Below, in pieces: positions 19,015 to 28,902 of a stretch of DNA of 64,000 bases; position 1 is the stretch's first letter; every line of letters starts with the position of its first letter. The stretch is from Candidatus Obscuribacteraceae bacterium (lineage in GTDB: Bacteria > Cyanobacteriota > Vampirovibrionia > Obscuribacterales > Obscuribacteraceae): positions 1-64,000 of the forward strand of contig JBGASG010000004.1 in the NCBI GenBank assembly GCA_044229845.1. Direction: 5' to 3'. Made by a program: the position numbers and the translations under genes. Under the pieces are notes generated by a model. The model did not search any database. It worked only from the letters and a program-made list of their open reading frames with translations, and was not told the DNA's origin.

Positions 19015-21606
19015 CTAGCTGAAGCAGGACTTGAACGATTCGCCTTCCCGTTCTTTGAAGACAACCGCCACGTGCAACCGCTCCATATGCTGATCGATAA
19101 GCTTGTTGCCTTTCAGCTTCGGATCGGCGCTGAGGAACGCCACCACATCTTTCTCCCACTCAGGTCGGGCGAGCGCGATGACGCCCTCGACCATGCGAGA
19201 GATGGAGTTGTCGGGGAATTTGACGGTTATGTCTTTCCAGTTGTCCTTGGTGAATTTCCAGGCGGTCTCGCGACCGGATGTGTTCATCATCACCGATTTG
19301 ATCAGGTATGGTCCGTTTTGTGTGCGCACCTCGCCGTTCAACGTCAGTTGCAGCGTCTTCTGCAGCAAGCCCTTGTCGTTGAAGGCGGCCAGCGCATACA
19401 TGTAGCGGTCTTCGTCCTGCGGAGTCTTGGCGTTTCTGTACTCGTTAAGAAACTCATCGTACCGGGCAGTGTCCCCGGCAGCCGCCAGGATCTGCACCAG
19501 GGCCGGTGCCACATCGGGATCGACGGACGAGTTGTCTTTCTTGTAATTGGCGTAGAGTTCCGCAGCCTTCTTCTGGGTATCAGGGTCTTCAGCAAGGCAG
19601 CCCATGCCGGCCCAGATCATGCCACGCAGTTGGCGCGTGCCGGCATCTTCGTCAGCCTTGCCGCTCCAAGTGAGCTTGTTGGCGATACCCGAAATCAGGT
19701 CTTTGACGAATGCCTTGAACTTCGGTCTGTCGGCGTCATCGATCTCGCGCTCGAGATAAGCGAGCGAAGAAATGATGGTTTGCCAGACGTTCTTGTCGGT
19801 TTCTTCCTTGAACATGCTGGCCATCTTCAGGTACTCGCTCAGTTGAACGTGCCCGGCCACAACCATCGCCCACGTGTCGTTGACGAGATTGAAGCGCTCG
19901 ATGGGGGTGAAGATCTCGAACGGCTTGGCGATCAGCGACTTGAACAGATCAGGCGAATAGCGCGATCTGTAGAAACCGGAACCGCCCTCGTTAACGACCA
20001 CATAAGCCGGCTTGTAGCCGAGATCGACTTTCATCGACTTCTCGGTGAGCAGCACTTTGCGATGTTCTACATCTTTGCCGTTGGCGCTGACGCGCAGCAG
20101 CACCGGCACCTGGAAGAGCTGGTCCTTGCTCTTGCTGTCGCCATCTTGCAGGTAGAAGAAACGTTGTTGCGAAAGCACCAGCGTCTTGCCGTCGCTCTCC
20201 ATTTCGGCGGTCACCATCGGATAGCCTTCGTGGAAGATCCACGAATCCATGATTTTAGTGATCGGCTCTTTAGATGCGCCTTCAAGCGCACTCCAGAGAT
20301 CGCTGGTTTCGGTGTTGGCAAACTGGTGTTTGTCCAGATATGCACTGATGCCTTTGCGGAACACTTCAGCGGTCAGGTATTGCTCCAGCATACGCAGCAC
20401 TGATGCACCCTTCTGATAGGTGAGCACATCGAACATCGCTTCGCATTCTTCAGGACGGCGGACAGGAAACTCGATAGGACGCGTGCTCTTCAGTCCGTCG
20501 ACTGCATACGCAGCGGCGCGCGAGACACCGAAGGAATCCCAGCGCTTCCATTCCGGCTTCCAGGAATCGACAGCCAGCATTTCTGCAAAAGTAGCGAATG
20601 CTTCGTTTAACCATATACCGTTCCACCAGCTCATGGTGGTCAGGTCACCGAACCACATGTGCGCCAGCTCGTGAGCGACCACGTCGGCAACGCGCTCTTG
20701 CTCGGCATGCGACGATTTTTTCTCGTCGACCAACAAGGCGGTCTCGCGGAACGTCACGCATCCCAGGTTTTCCATCGCGCCAAATGCGAAGTCGGGAATC
20801 GCGATCATGTCCAGCTTGTCGCCGGGATAGGGGACGCCATAGAACTTCTCGAAGAACGTCAGCGAATGCACGCCGATGCCTTGAGCGAACTTGGCGAGGT
20901 TGCCTTTGCCTGGCGGCGCATAGATGCGCATCGGGGTTTTACCGGCCATCACAGGTTCCGTAGCTTCCAACTCGCCGATCACGAATGCCACCAGATAAGT
21001 CGACATCTTGATCGTGTCTTTAAAGGTGACTTCCTTTTTGCCGCCGGCGATTTTCTTTTCGCTTTCAATGCCGGCGTTAGAAACAGCCGTCAATCCTTCG
21101 TCGACAACCAATGTCGTTTTGTAGACGGCTTTGAATGCAGGCTCGTCCCAGCAAGGAAACGCGCGGCGCGCGTCGGTGGCTTCGAACTGGGTGGTGGCCA
21201 TTACCTTGTCTTTGCCGGATGCATCTTTATAAGTGCTGCGGTAAAAGCCGCGTAGCTTGTCGTTGAGAGTGCCGGTGAATTTGACGAAGAGCTTCCACTT
21301 GCCTTTGGCGACCTCTTGAGGAAACGTGAGAACGACGCGTTGGTCTTCTTCTTTTATTTCGACTTTGGCATCGTATTTGGTGCCATCTTTTTCAATATGA
21401 GCGTTGTGAACTTCCAGTTCCAGCGCATTCATCAAAATCTCTTTGACAGGCTCCTTCACCTCGACGGTGATGGTTTCTTCCCCATCAAATTTGAAGGTCT
21501 TGAGGTCGGGAGCCAGACGCAGCTCGTACCTCTCCGGAATGACTGTCTGCGGCAGTCGATAGCTCGCCACTTCCGGTTCGGCAACTGCGGATTTGTTCGG
21601 GGCCAT
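19015..21606 (-). CDS. pepN: M1 family aminopeptidase (puromycin-sensitive/PepN-type, ERAP1-like C-terminus)
   Basis: TQFEATDARRAFPCWDEP, GAMEN, HELAH-x18-E, YQKG. Confidence 0.95.
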   Translation of the reverse strand: MAPNKSAVAEPEVASYRLPQTVIPERYELRLAPDLKTFKFDGEETITVEVKEPVKEILMNALELEVHNAHIEKDGTKYDAKVEIKEEDQRVVLTFPQEVAKGKWKLFVKFTGTLNDKLRGFYRSTYKDASGKDKVMATTQFEATDARRAFPCWDEPAFKAVYKTTLVVDEGLTAVSNAGIESEKKIAGGKKEVTFKDTIKMSTYLVAFVIGELEATEPVMAGKTPMRIYAPPGKGNLAKFAQGIGVHSLTFFEKFYGVPYPGDKLDMIAIPDFAFGAMENLGCVTFRETALLVDEKKSSHAEQERVADVVAHELAHMWFGDLTTMSWWNGIWLNEAFATFAEMLAVDSWKPEWKRWDSFGVSRAAAYAVDGLKSTRPIEFPVRRPEECEAMFDVLTYQKGASVLRMLEQYLTAEVFRKGISAYLDKHQFANTETSDLWSALEGASKEPITKIMDSWIFHEGYPMVTAEMESDGKTLVLSQQRFFYLQDGDSKSKDQLFQVPVLLRVSANGKDVEHRKVLLTEKSMKVDLGYKPAYVVVNEGGSGFYRSRYSPDLFKSLIAKPFEIFTPIERFNLVNDTWAMVVAGHVQLSEYLKMASMFKEETDKNVWQTIISSLAYLEREIDDADRPKFKAFVKDLISGIANKLTWSGKADEDAGTRQLRGMIWAGMGCLAEDPDTQKKAAELYANYKKDNSSVDPDVAPALVQILAAAGDTARYDEFLNEYRNAKTPQDEDRYMYALAAFNDKGLLQKTLQLTLNGEVRTQNGPYLIKSVMMNTSGRETAWKFTKDNWKDITVKFPDNSISRMVEGVIALARPEWEKDVVAFLSADPKLKGNKLIDQHMERLHVAVVFKEREGESFKSCFS

Positions 21607-21820
21607 ACCTTACCTTCCTCCTTGTTTACCGCCGTGTGAGGCGGCTGCAAAACGGGCGCGACGGCTGGGTGCCTCTCGCCACAGGCATCTCGATTTTAGA
21701 AATGAGAGGAAGCTTACCACATGCAATCAATTGATGGAGGTTCGGATATGATCTGTATCCGTTTTACACAGCTCGCACGGATCACTTTTATTCCTGGCGC
21801 GTATTTCAAGGGGATGGTCA

Positions 21821-23671
21821 ATGGTAGAAACTCAAGTCGCAACAGTAGACACCTTGCGTCAACTGGCGCAACAACTGCGCGTCGACAGCATTCGCTGCAC
21901 GACCGAAGCCGGATCAGGGCATCCCACCTCGTCGATGTCAGCCGCCGATTTAATGGCTGTGCTGATGTCCAAATATCTGAAGTACGACTTCAGCACTCCA
22001 GAAAATCCGAATAACGATCACCTTGTCTTCTCCAAAGGCCATGCCTGCCCGCTTCTGTATTCGATGTACAAAGCCGCCGGCGCTATCGACGACAAGGAAT
22101 TGATGAGCTTGCGCAAGTTCGGCAGTCGTCTGGAAGGTCATCCGGTGCCGCAAATACTGCCCTGGGTCGACGTCGCCACCGGCTCGCTCGGACAGGGTCT
22201 GCCGATTGCAGTCGGCATCGCCCTCGACGCCAAGTATTTGTCCAAGTCGGGCTATCGCACCTGGGTATTGCTCGGTGACAGCGAAATGGCCGAAGGCTCC
22301 GTATGGGAAGCATTCGCCACCGCCTGGCACTACAAGCTCGACAATCTGATCGCCATTCTCGACGAAAACCGTCTCGGACAGCGCGGCGAGACAATGCTGG
22401 GCTGGAACTCTTCTATTTATGCGGAGCGCGCCCGCGGCTTTGGCTGGCATGCCATCGAAATCGATGGTCACAATCTTGACGCCATCGACAAGGCCTACGC
22501 TGAAGCGCTCAAAGTCACCGGCAAGCCGACCGTGATCATCGCCAAGACCGAAAAAGGACATGGCTACTCTAAGATAGCCAACAAAGACGGCTGGCATGGC
22601 AAGCCGCTCAACAAAGAACAAGCTGAAGAAGCTATCAAAGAACTGGGCGGCAACCAAACCGTCAAGTGCGATGTGCAAAAACCGGCACCAGGCAAACATG
22701 CACCGCCCGCCGTCGGCAAATACAACTCGCCCGTCTACGACAAACCGATTGCCACCCGCGAAGCTTATGGTGACGCGCTCAAGGCTCTCGGTGCCGCACG
22801 TCCAGATGTGGTCGTTCTCGATGCTGAAGTCTCCAACTCCACATACGCTGAGAAGTTCAAAGAAGCTTATCCCGACCGCTTCTTCGAGACATATATTGCA
22901 GAGCAACAACTGGTCGGCGCCGCCGTCGGTCTGCAAGTCGTGAAGAAGATACCTTTCTGCTCCACGTTCGCAGCCTTCTTTTCACGCGCTTACGACTTCA
23001 TTCGCATGGGCGCTATCTCGCGTGCCAACATTCATCTTTGCGGCTCGCACGCCGGCGTGTCCATCGGTCAGGACGGACCGTCGCAGATGGCGCTGGAAGA
23101 CATCGCCATGATGCGCGCTGTTCACGATAGCGTCGTTCTTTATCCATCGTGCGCCAACACCGCCGCCGCGTTGATTGGCATGATGCCTGACCATCCGGGC
23201 ATCTCCTACATGCGCACGACACGCGAAAAGACTCCGATTCTCTACAAAGGCGATGAGAAGTACGAGTTCGGCGGCAGCAAAACGCTGCGTTCGTCGGATA
23301 AAGACAAATGCACACTGATCGCTGCCGGCATCACACTGCACGAAAGCCTTAAAGCTTACGACGAACTGAAAGCAGCCGGAATTGAAGTGCGCGTCATCGA
23401 CCTCTACTCGGTGAAACCGATCGATGAGAAGACGCTGCACAAAGCGGCTAAGGAAACGGGTCTTCTGATCGTCGTCGAAGATCACTGGCCGGAAGGTGGA
23501 CTCGGCGATGCCGTCATCTCTGCCTTCACCGGTGGTGGCGAAGTGTTGCCTAAGGTGATCAAGATGGGCGTCCAGGGCATGCCTGGCTCCGGCACTCCGC
23601 AAGAGCTCATGGATGCTGCCAAAATCAGCGCCAAGAGCATTGTGGAAACGGTCAAGAAAGCCGTTAAGTAA
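21821..23671 (+). CDS. tkt: Transketolase (short, animal-like subtype)
   Basis: SGHP, SKGH, TGSLGQG, GDSE TPP motif, IAEQ, GQDGPSQM. Confidence 0.93.
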   Translation: MVETQVATVDTLRQLAQQLRVDSIRCTTEAGSGHPTSSMSAADLMAVLMSKYLKYDFSTPENPNNDHLVFSKGHACPLLYSMYKAAGAIDDKELMSLRKFGSRLEGHPVPQILPWVDVATGSLGQGLPIAVGIALDAKYLSKSGYRTWVLLGDSEMAEGSVWEAFATAWHYKLDNLIAILDENRLGQRGETMLGWNSSIYAERARGFGWHAIEIDGHNLDAIDKAYAEALKVTGKPTVIIAKTEKGHGYSKIANKDGWHGKPLNKEQAEEAIKELGGNQTVKCDVQKPAPGKHAPPAVGKYNSPVYDKPIATREAYGDALKALGAARPDVVVLDAEVSNSTYAEKFKEAYPDRFFETYIAEQQLVGAAVGLQVVKKIPFCSTFAAFFSRAYDFIRMGAISRANIHLCGSHAGVSIGQDGPSQMALEDIAMMRAVHDSVVLYPSCANTAAALIGMMPDHPGISYMRTTREKTPILYKGDEKYEFGGSKTLRSSDKDKCTLIAAGITLHESLKAYDELKAAGIEVRVIDLYSVKPIDEKTLHKAAKETGLLIVVEDHWPEGGLGDAVISAFTGGGEVLPKVIKMGVQGMPGSGTPQELMDAAKISAKSIVETVKKAVK

Positions 23672-23703
23672 GCAAGCAATAAGGGCACCCCGCCCCACAG
23701 AAA

Positions 23704-23733
23704 GCGTCGGCGTCAATGCGCCGACGCCTTTTT
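23704..23733 (+). terminator. Intrinsic terminator after tkt
   Basis: GCGTCGGCG-TCAATG-CGCCGACGC-C-TTTTT. Confidence 0.85.
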
Positions 23734-23841
23734 GCAACAGAGGCGCCCAAGAATGTGTTGTGTGTTTCAAAAACCATTACGCAGGCGAATTGCGTGCTAC
23801 CACCTCAGCCTACTATAATTAGAGACTTGGAAGGAATCGCC

Positions 23842-24066
23842 ATGGCAGACTTTAGCGAACGAATAACGATCAACTCTCAGCAGTGCGGTGGGCGTCCGTG
23901 CATCCGCGGAATGCGTATTCGAGTAATAGACATTCTCGACTTGTATGCCGCTGGTCTGTCCGCGCAGGAAATCCTAGCGGAATTGCCTGATCTAGAAATG
24001 GAAGACCTCGCGGCGGCATTGAAATACGCGGCCAGTCGCCTTGATCACCCCATCGTAGCGGCATGA
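23842..24066 (+). CDS. DUF433 antitoxin
   Basis: RITINSQQCGGRPCIRGMRIRV...AALKYA signature; AAGGA RBS. Confidence 0.92.
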   Translation: MADFSERITINSQQCGGRPCIRGMRIRVIDILDLYAAGLSAQEILAELPDLEMEDLAAALKYAASRLDHPIVAA

Positions 24067-24401
24067 TCGTTTGGCTTGATGCCCAACTCTCGCCAGCTCT
24101 AGCTCCTTGGATCGAATCCACTTTCGGCGTTGAGTCGTACGCCTTAAGGGACTTAGGACTACGCGAAGCAACTGACGAAGAAATCTTCCAAGCGGCTAAG
24201 GCGGCCGGCGCAGCGCTCATGACCAAAGATAGCGATTTTGTCAAAATGCACCACCTCAGAGGAGCGCCGCCACAAATAATTTGGCTAACGTGCGGCAACA
24301 CTTCAAACGACTACTTACGGAATCTCCTCACGACAGCCTTTCCAGCTACTCTAAAGCTACTCCAAGATGGCGAGGCTCTTGTGGAAATAATCGCATCATG
24401 A
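24063..24401 (+). CDS. DUF5615 PIN-like toxin
   Basis: WLDAQLS, ATDEEIF, MTKDSDF, LTCGNTSN; ATGA overlap with DUF433. Confidence 0.9.
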   Translation: MIVWLDAQLSPALAPWIESTFGVESYALRDLGLREATDEEIFQAAKAAGAALMTKDSDFVKMHHLRGAPPQIIWLTCGNTSNDYLRNLLTTAFPATLKLLQDGEALVEIIAS

Positions 24402-24454
24402 AGTAGAGGAGATAGTCAGTGCGGATAGGGGCGGGCAAGATGCCATGAGTCAGC

Positions 24455-25177
24455 ATGAGAGACGACCACAACTTTGATCTAGAGTCTCTGACCGAAACTG
24501 AACGTGCTGGTTCGGGGAAGCAACGAAAGACTCCTATTGCCACAGGCGATCGTGGACGTCTCCGAACGGTCATTGGTCATAAAAGCCGAGCTTTTCGCCT
24601 CGCCCTGCCAGTAATGCTGGAGTCGCGAATTCAATTGGTCTGGGACACGCATGATGGGCTTGAAGCAGTGGAAAAAGTTCAGTTGCTGAGACCGGAACTC
24701 GTCCTAATGGACATTGACTTGGACGGTATGCATGGAACACAAGCTTGCCGCGAGATGATCAAACACGTCCCAGACCTGCTGGTCATCGTGATAACTGATT
24801 CGTATCGTGCGATTTTGAATCGTTCCAATGTTGTCAGAGCTGGAGCGCGGGCCCTGTGCCTCAAATCTTCAGGGCCAGGCGTTTATATCGAAGCTGTAAA
24901 GCAGGCGGCTGCCGGCTTTCAGTATGTTGATCCACTCATCGCGGCGTTATTAGATCATCCCCCACTCGGTCTGCCTCCGGACCTCACTGATCGTCAGTTT
25001 GAGATTTTTATCCGTCTCGATCTTTCAGATGACCAGATTCTACAAGAACTCAACATGCGGCGACGTACCCTAGAGCTTCAAATCCAGGACATTATCAGGA
25101 AACTCAGAGTACGGACAAGAGGCGATGCCATTGCGATGGCATCAGAAGCAAAAACAGCGTTGTCCGCTGAAAAATAA
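24455..25177 (+). CDS. Atypical NarL/LuxR-type response regulator
   Basis: DGLEAV...PELVLMDIDL, LCLKSS; C-terminal LTDRQFEI...IIRKLRVRTR HTH; N-terminal acidic pair absent. Confidence 0.75.
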   Translation: MRDDHNFDLESLTETERAGSGKQRKTPIATGDRGRLRTVIGHKSRAFRLALPVMLESRIQLVWDTHDGLEAVEKVQLLRPELVLMDIDLDGMHGTQACREMIKHVPDLLVIVITDSYRAILNRSNVVRAGARALCLKSSGPGVYIEAVKQAAAGFQYVDPLIAALLDHPPLGLPPDLTDRQFEIFIRLDLSDDQILQELNMRRRTLELQIQDIIRKLRVRTRGDAIAMASEAKTALSAEK

Positions 25178-25242
25178 GAACACTTGCCACAATGATCTCA
25201 AATCGCAGTGTCAAACCCCGTGTAGCATCACAGGTGGTGGCG

Positions 25243-25533
25243 TTAGAAACGCTCGACCTGCAATTCGTTTACCACGTCATCTACACCGCTGACGCTCCAG
25301 GCGGCATCGCCGGCCAGACGTCGATTTTCCCAGCAAGCGACATTACCTGTCAGCGTTACGGTTCCTTCGCGGACTTGAACGGAGATTTGATCGCCAGCCA
25401 GCGACGGGCAGTGTCCTAGCGATTCCTGCACTTCTTCGCGAATGGAATTGTCAGACTTGTTGGCGCGGGCTGTGTGATTCGCCCAGGGAAGTCTGAGGCT
25501 GAAAGTGGCTCGTGAGTAGGAAAAACTGCGCAT
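25243..25533 (-). CDS. Single BON-domain protein
   Basis: DNSIREEV...ISVQVREGTVTLTGNV...AWSVSGVDDVVNELQV. Confidence 0.8.
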   Translation of the reverse strand: MRSFSYSRATFSLRLPWANHTARANKSDNSIREEVQESLGHCPSLAGDQISVQVREGTVTLTGNVACWENRRLAGDAAWSVSGVDDVVNELQVERF

Positions 25534-25665
25534 AACAAAACAATGGTTTGTGTAAACAAGATTACGGGCTCTGATCTAACAAGCATTGTGCCTCTCTTAG
25601 TTCGAGAAACGCTTTGCTTTAACCCTGTTTTTATTATGTGATTGTCGAGACGTTCCAGTTACGCC

Positions 25666-26508
25666 CTAGTCCCGCATCTTGTCCAGCAGCGGCGCCAGGA
25701 GCGACCGCGATGCCGGCGCCGGCAATATCCACGTGTTGGAGCCGAAGTTGCTCGCACTGTCCACCCAGGGCGTGGAGATATATTGAGATCCCTGGGAACT
25801 GAGCGGTGTAGAAAAGGTATTGGTGGCTGTTTTGGCTGAAAATAGATTTGGTCCGATACCCAAACCGGTACTGGTCTCGGTCGTGCCGCTCATGCTCATC
25901 GTGCCGTTGCCATAAATGACCGGCATGTAGGGCATCGGCGTGGCAAATCCGAAGGGCGCCACGCTGAAAGGCACTGCCGGCTGCCCATACCCTGAGCCAT
26001 AGCCCGGATAGCCGTAGCCATAGCCCGGATAACCCAATCCCGGCAAGCCGAGATTCAGTCCCACTCCAAAGTTTCGTCCACCGATGCCCAGCCCGATGTT
26101 TCCTCCCACCGGTCCGACCGGATACCCACCGATCGGTGCGCCGTAGACCGGACCGAACATCGGACCATAAGGCGGAAAGCCAGGTCCGTAAATAGGTACG
26201 CTGCCGTACGGAGTCGGCACGTAGACTTCCGAGTAGGCGTCCGTGCGGCTTTCCTGCACCTGCACCGGCGGTGCACCCTGGTTAATGAGCGGGATAATTC
26301 TGCCGTTTTCATCAACCTGCACACCGACGCTTTGCAGGTCGAGGTTGAGATTGCGCGGCGCCCGCGGTTTCGGCTGCGGCTGGGTCGTTTCTTCCATGAA
26401 GATGTTGCCCTGCTCGTCTTTAATCGTCTCCGCCCGCACTGCACCACAGGTAGTGGCTAGCATGGAAAGCGTCGCGCAACTGATGACCAACAGTTTTTGT
26501 GATCTCAT
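25666..26508 (-). CDS. Secreted Gly/Pro/Tyr-rich hypothetical protein
   Basis: Signal peptide ending AVRA; GYPGYGYG low-complexity core. Confidence 0.7.
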   Translation of the reverse strand: MRSQKLLVISCATLSMLATTCGAVRAETIKDEQGNIFMEETTQPQPKPRAPRNLNLDLQSVGVQVDENGRIIPLINQGAPPVQVQESRTDAYSEVYVPTPYGSVPIYGPGFPPYGPMFGPVYGAPIGGYPVGPVGGNIGLGIGGRNFGVGLNLGLPGLGYPGYGYGYPGYGSGYGQPAVPFSVAPFGFATPMPYMPVIYGNGTMSMSGTTETSTGLGIGPNLFSAKTATNTFSTPLSSQGSQYISTPWVDSASNFGSNTWILPAPASRSLLAPLLDKMRD

Positions 26509-26680
26509 CGTCTCGCACCATCCGGTATTACTAGATGCCATCGAACCGGCACCGCTATTGTAGATTCCCCTGCACTTTACCCGCTATTGGCGCGTCCAAC
26601 ACGCTTTGAGCGATGCAAGGCAGCAGCCCCTCCACAGCCGGACCGGTGGCAGGTAAGATGGAGATCTGAGGGGTGTTCTC

Positions 26681-27667
26681 ATGTCTTCTGACGGACAACA
26701 TGAGGATAAGCGCGTTGACCCGCGACAGCTGGGCGGAGGCGAGCTCGGCCGTGGTAAAGAAACGGGCGATGAGAAAGGCTTTGACGGTGCGGAGTATGTC
26801 GCCGATGCCGGCGGCAATCAGCCAGCGGTCGTGCCTGACTCAACCAATGACCATCGCTTTTTGCCGCAGACTACAGTCGAAGTGCTGGATGCATCAGCAA
26901 ACCGCTTCACCTTTGCCGATGGGCGCACGCGCGAAGTGCACCGCCGACCCGACGGAACCATCGACAGCGTAGTGGATTCAGCGGTTGGCCCGCCGGTGGC
27001 ACGAGGTCTGGAGGTTATTCAAGTGTGGCGACGGCGCGAAGACGGGCGCTATGAGGGGCTGAAAGCAGACGGCAAAGGCGGCTGGCAGGTAGCGACGGGC
27101 GGTTGCGACGATTTCTCGGTGGGCGAGGACGGGTCGATTTCGTTCAAACCAGTTGAAGGACTTTCATCCGGTGCCACCTACAAAATCTCGCCCGATGGGT
27201 CGCTGACCACGACCACGAACACAGCGGGCGAATGGCGGCAGACAGTCAGCACCGAGGGTGGTGCCAGAGAAAAAGTCGAAATTCGCTACGGCGACGGCAC
27301 CACGGTAACCGCTGCCGGCAAGACTGTCGTGCGCACAGAAGGGGGAGTGAAGACGCAAGTGATCGATGCCGATAGCGTGCAGATAGCCAGCGGTGGCGGA
27401 ACCATCTCACTAACCCGCGATGCGGGCGGCGCCATCGTGCAGGAATCGATAGATCCGTGGGGCAGGCGAGCCGTGGACAAACGCGACAACGTCGACATGG
27501 CTGACTACACCAGCAAGCTCACCTGGCGCAACGGTGCAGTCAAACTCGAGTGGTATAACAACATTCTCGGTGTCAATTACCGGATGTTCGACACCCGCGA
27601 AACACCGATCGAATACATGAAGAAACGCTTTGACGTCGCCGGACCTTTACGTCCGCTACCGCTTTAG
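26681..27667 (+). CDS. Hypothetical protein with beta-hairpin-like (xxDG) repeats
   Basis: 328-aa ORF, GAGGG RBS; recurring PDG/ADG/EDG turns. Confidence 0.7.
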   Translation: MSSDGQHEDKRVDPRQLGGGELGRGKETGDEKGFDGAEYVADAGGNQPAVVPDSTNDHRFLPQTTVEVLDASANRFTFADGRTREVHRRPDGTIDSVVDSAVGPPVARGLEVIQVWRRREDGRYEGLKADGKGGWQVATGGCDDFSVGEDGSISFKPVEGLSSGATYKISPDGSLTTTTNTAGEWRQTVSTEGGAREKVEIRYGDGTTVTAAGKTVVRTEGGVKTQVIDADSVQIASGGGTISLTRDAGGAIVQESIDPWGRRAVDKRDNVDMADYTSKLTWRNGAVKLEWYNNILGVNYRMFDTRETPIEYMKKRFDVAGPLRPLPL

Positions 27668-28161
27668 TGTGCAGCCGGAGCGGGAGCTGGAGCGGCTTCC
27701 GCAGGTTTAGTTCCAGCGGCTTTGGCAGCAGCTTCTTTGGCTTCTTTCTCTTTCAATTCGGCAGCCACTGCTTCGACTGAAGTCGGATTGGGCGGCGACT
27801 TGTCGGCAGCGCCAATCTTGTCGGTTTCTTCCGCGGTCCACGGAGTGTTGCCCTGGGTCATGAGCTTGTTGCGCTCTTTCTGATCTTCGCTGATGCGTCC
27901 GGGTAACTCGATGGCTGCCACCGGTTTGTGAACGCTTTCCTTCACTTCCCACGGCAGAACCGGACCGGCATCGGTGCCGTCGGCAGGTTTATCAGCATGA
28001 TGCTTTTCAGTGACGTGCTGTAAGCCCAGTGCCACCAGGAATGCCACCGAGACTAGCGACAACACAATCAACCAGATCAACGCCCGCCGTTGATCGCGGG
28101 TGTTTACGTTATCGTCGACGCTGTAGTTTTCGCCTGCTTGTGTTTTGTCTTCGGTCAGCAT
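27664..28161 (-). CDS. Single-pass membrane hypothetical protein
   Basis: ATG at 28161 with GGGGAG RBS; TM ALIWLIVLSLVSVAFLVALGL. Confidence 0.65.
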   Translation of the reverse strand: MLTEDKTQAGENYSVDDNVNTRDQRRALIWLIVLSLVSVAFLVALGLQHVTEKHHADKPADGTDAGPVLPWEVKESVHKPVAAIELPGRISEDQKERNKLMTQGNTPWTAEETDKIGAADKSPPNPTSVEAVAAELKEKEAKEAAAKAAGTKPAEAAPAPAPAAH

Positions 28162-28395
28162 ATCTCCCCCGCTCAACATCCCCGCAATCAAGGGAGATGC
28201 ACCGCGCACCATTGCCCCCATATTGTAGCGCCTGTCGGCACTAGCGAAAGGGCTTGGCAAGGGGACACCCCGACAAAGCATTAAGGAGACAAAAGGCAAC
28301 AACAGGAGGGAAACACACTCCGCCTGGGCGGTCTGGCGCCTTGGAGGAGGTCTTGCTTGACCAGATCCGCCCACGCTCTAGCGTGCAGCAAACCG

Positions 28396-28728
28396 CTATT
28401 TGCTCTGCCCGTCGTGCTTCTGACCGTAGATGTTTTTGTTCAGTCTGTCTTGCTCGACTTCCAGGCGCGCCGCTTCGTTCTTGGAGAGTCCGTTGCCGGA
28501 GGCGCGGAATTTTGCTTCCTGGATGGCAAGGGCTGTTTGTTTCTTCTGCAGGCGACGATATTCTTTGCCGTTCAGGGCTCCACTTTGAACGCCGTTGTAG
28601 AGGCGCTTTTCCTGGCGATACTGCCGATGATTGACGCGATTCTTATAGTTGGCTTCCGCAGGCAGCGTGGACACGAGCACGCCGCCTATCAGGCTAAGCA
28701 ATAGGCTTAAGGCGATGGTATTTTTCAT
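28396..28728 (-). CDS. Small secreted basic helical protein
   Basis: Signal peptide ending AEA; repeated SG.L...E..RL units; GAGGG RBS. Confidence 0.75.
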   Translation of the reverse strand: MKNTIALSLLLSLIGGVLVSTLPAEANYKNRVNHRQYRQEKRLYNGVQSGALNGKEYRRLQKKQTALAIQEAKFRASGNGLSKNEAARLEVEQDRLNKNIYGQKHDGQSK

Positions 28729-28902
28729 AACGTCCCTCGAATTGGGTTTGGGGTGACCGTACATATCTTGAAACGTCGGACCCCCGGAAAAAGTTCAATG
28801 GTTTAGATTAAACCCTGCTCTTTTTTCCTTAAATTTCCAATAGTGGGATTAACAACCGAGCGCAATGGCACCACATTTAATACCAGTAAGAAGCCAACCG
28901 CA

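Noticed and set aside
19012..20403. 463-aa + strand ORF
   Set aside because: Antisense to the M1 aminopeptidase, no motifs; expected from biased codon usage
25552..25565. GTA-N8-TAC (NtcA-like box) upstream of the BON gene
   Set aside because: Only six specified bases, so many chance matches are expected in 64 kb; no supporting context
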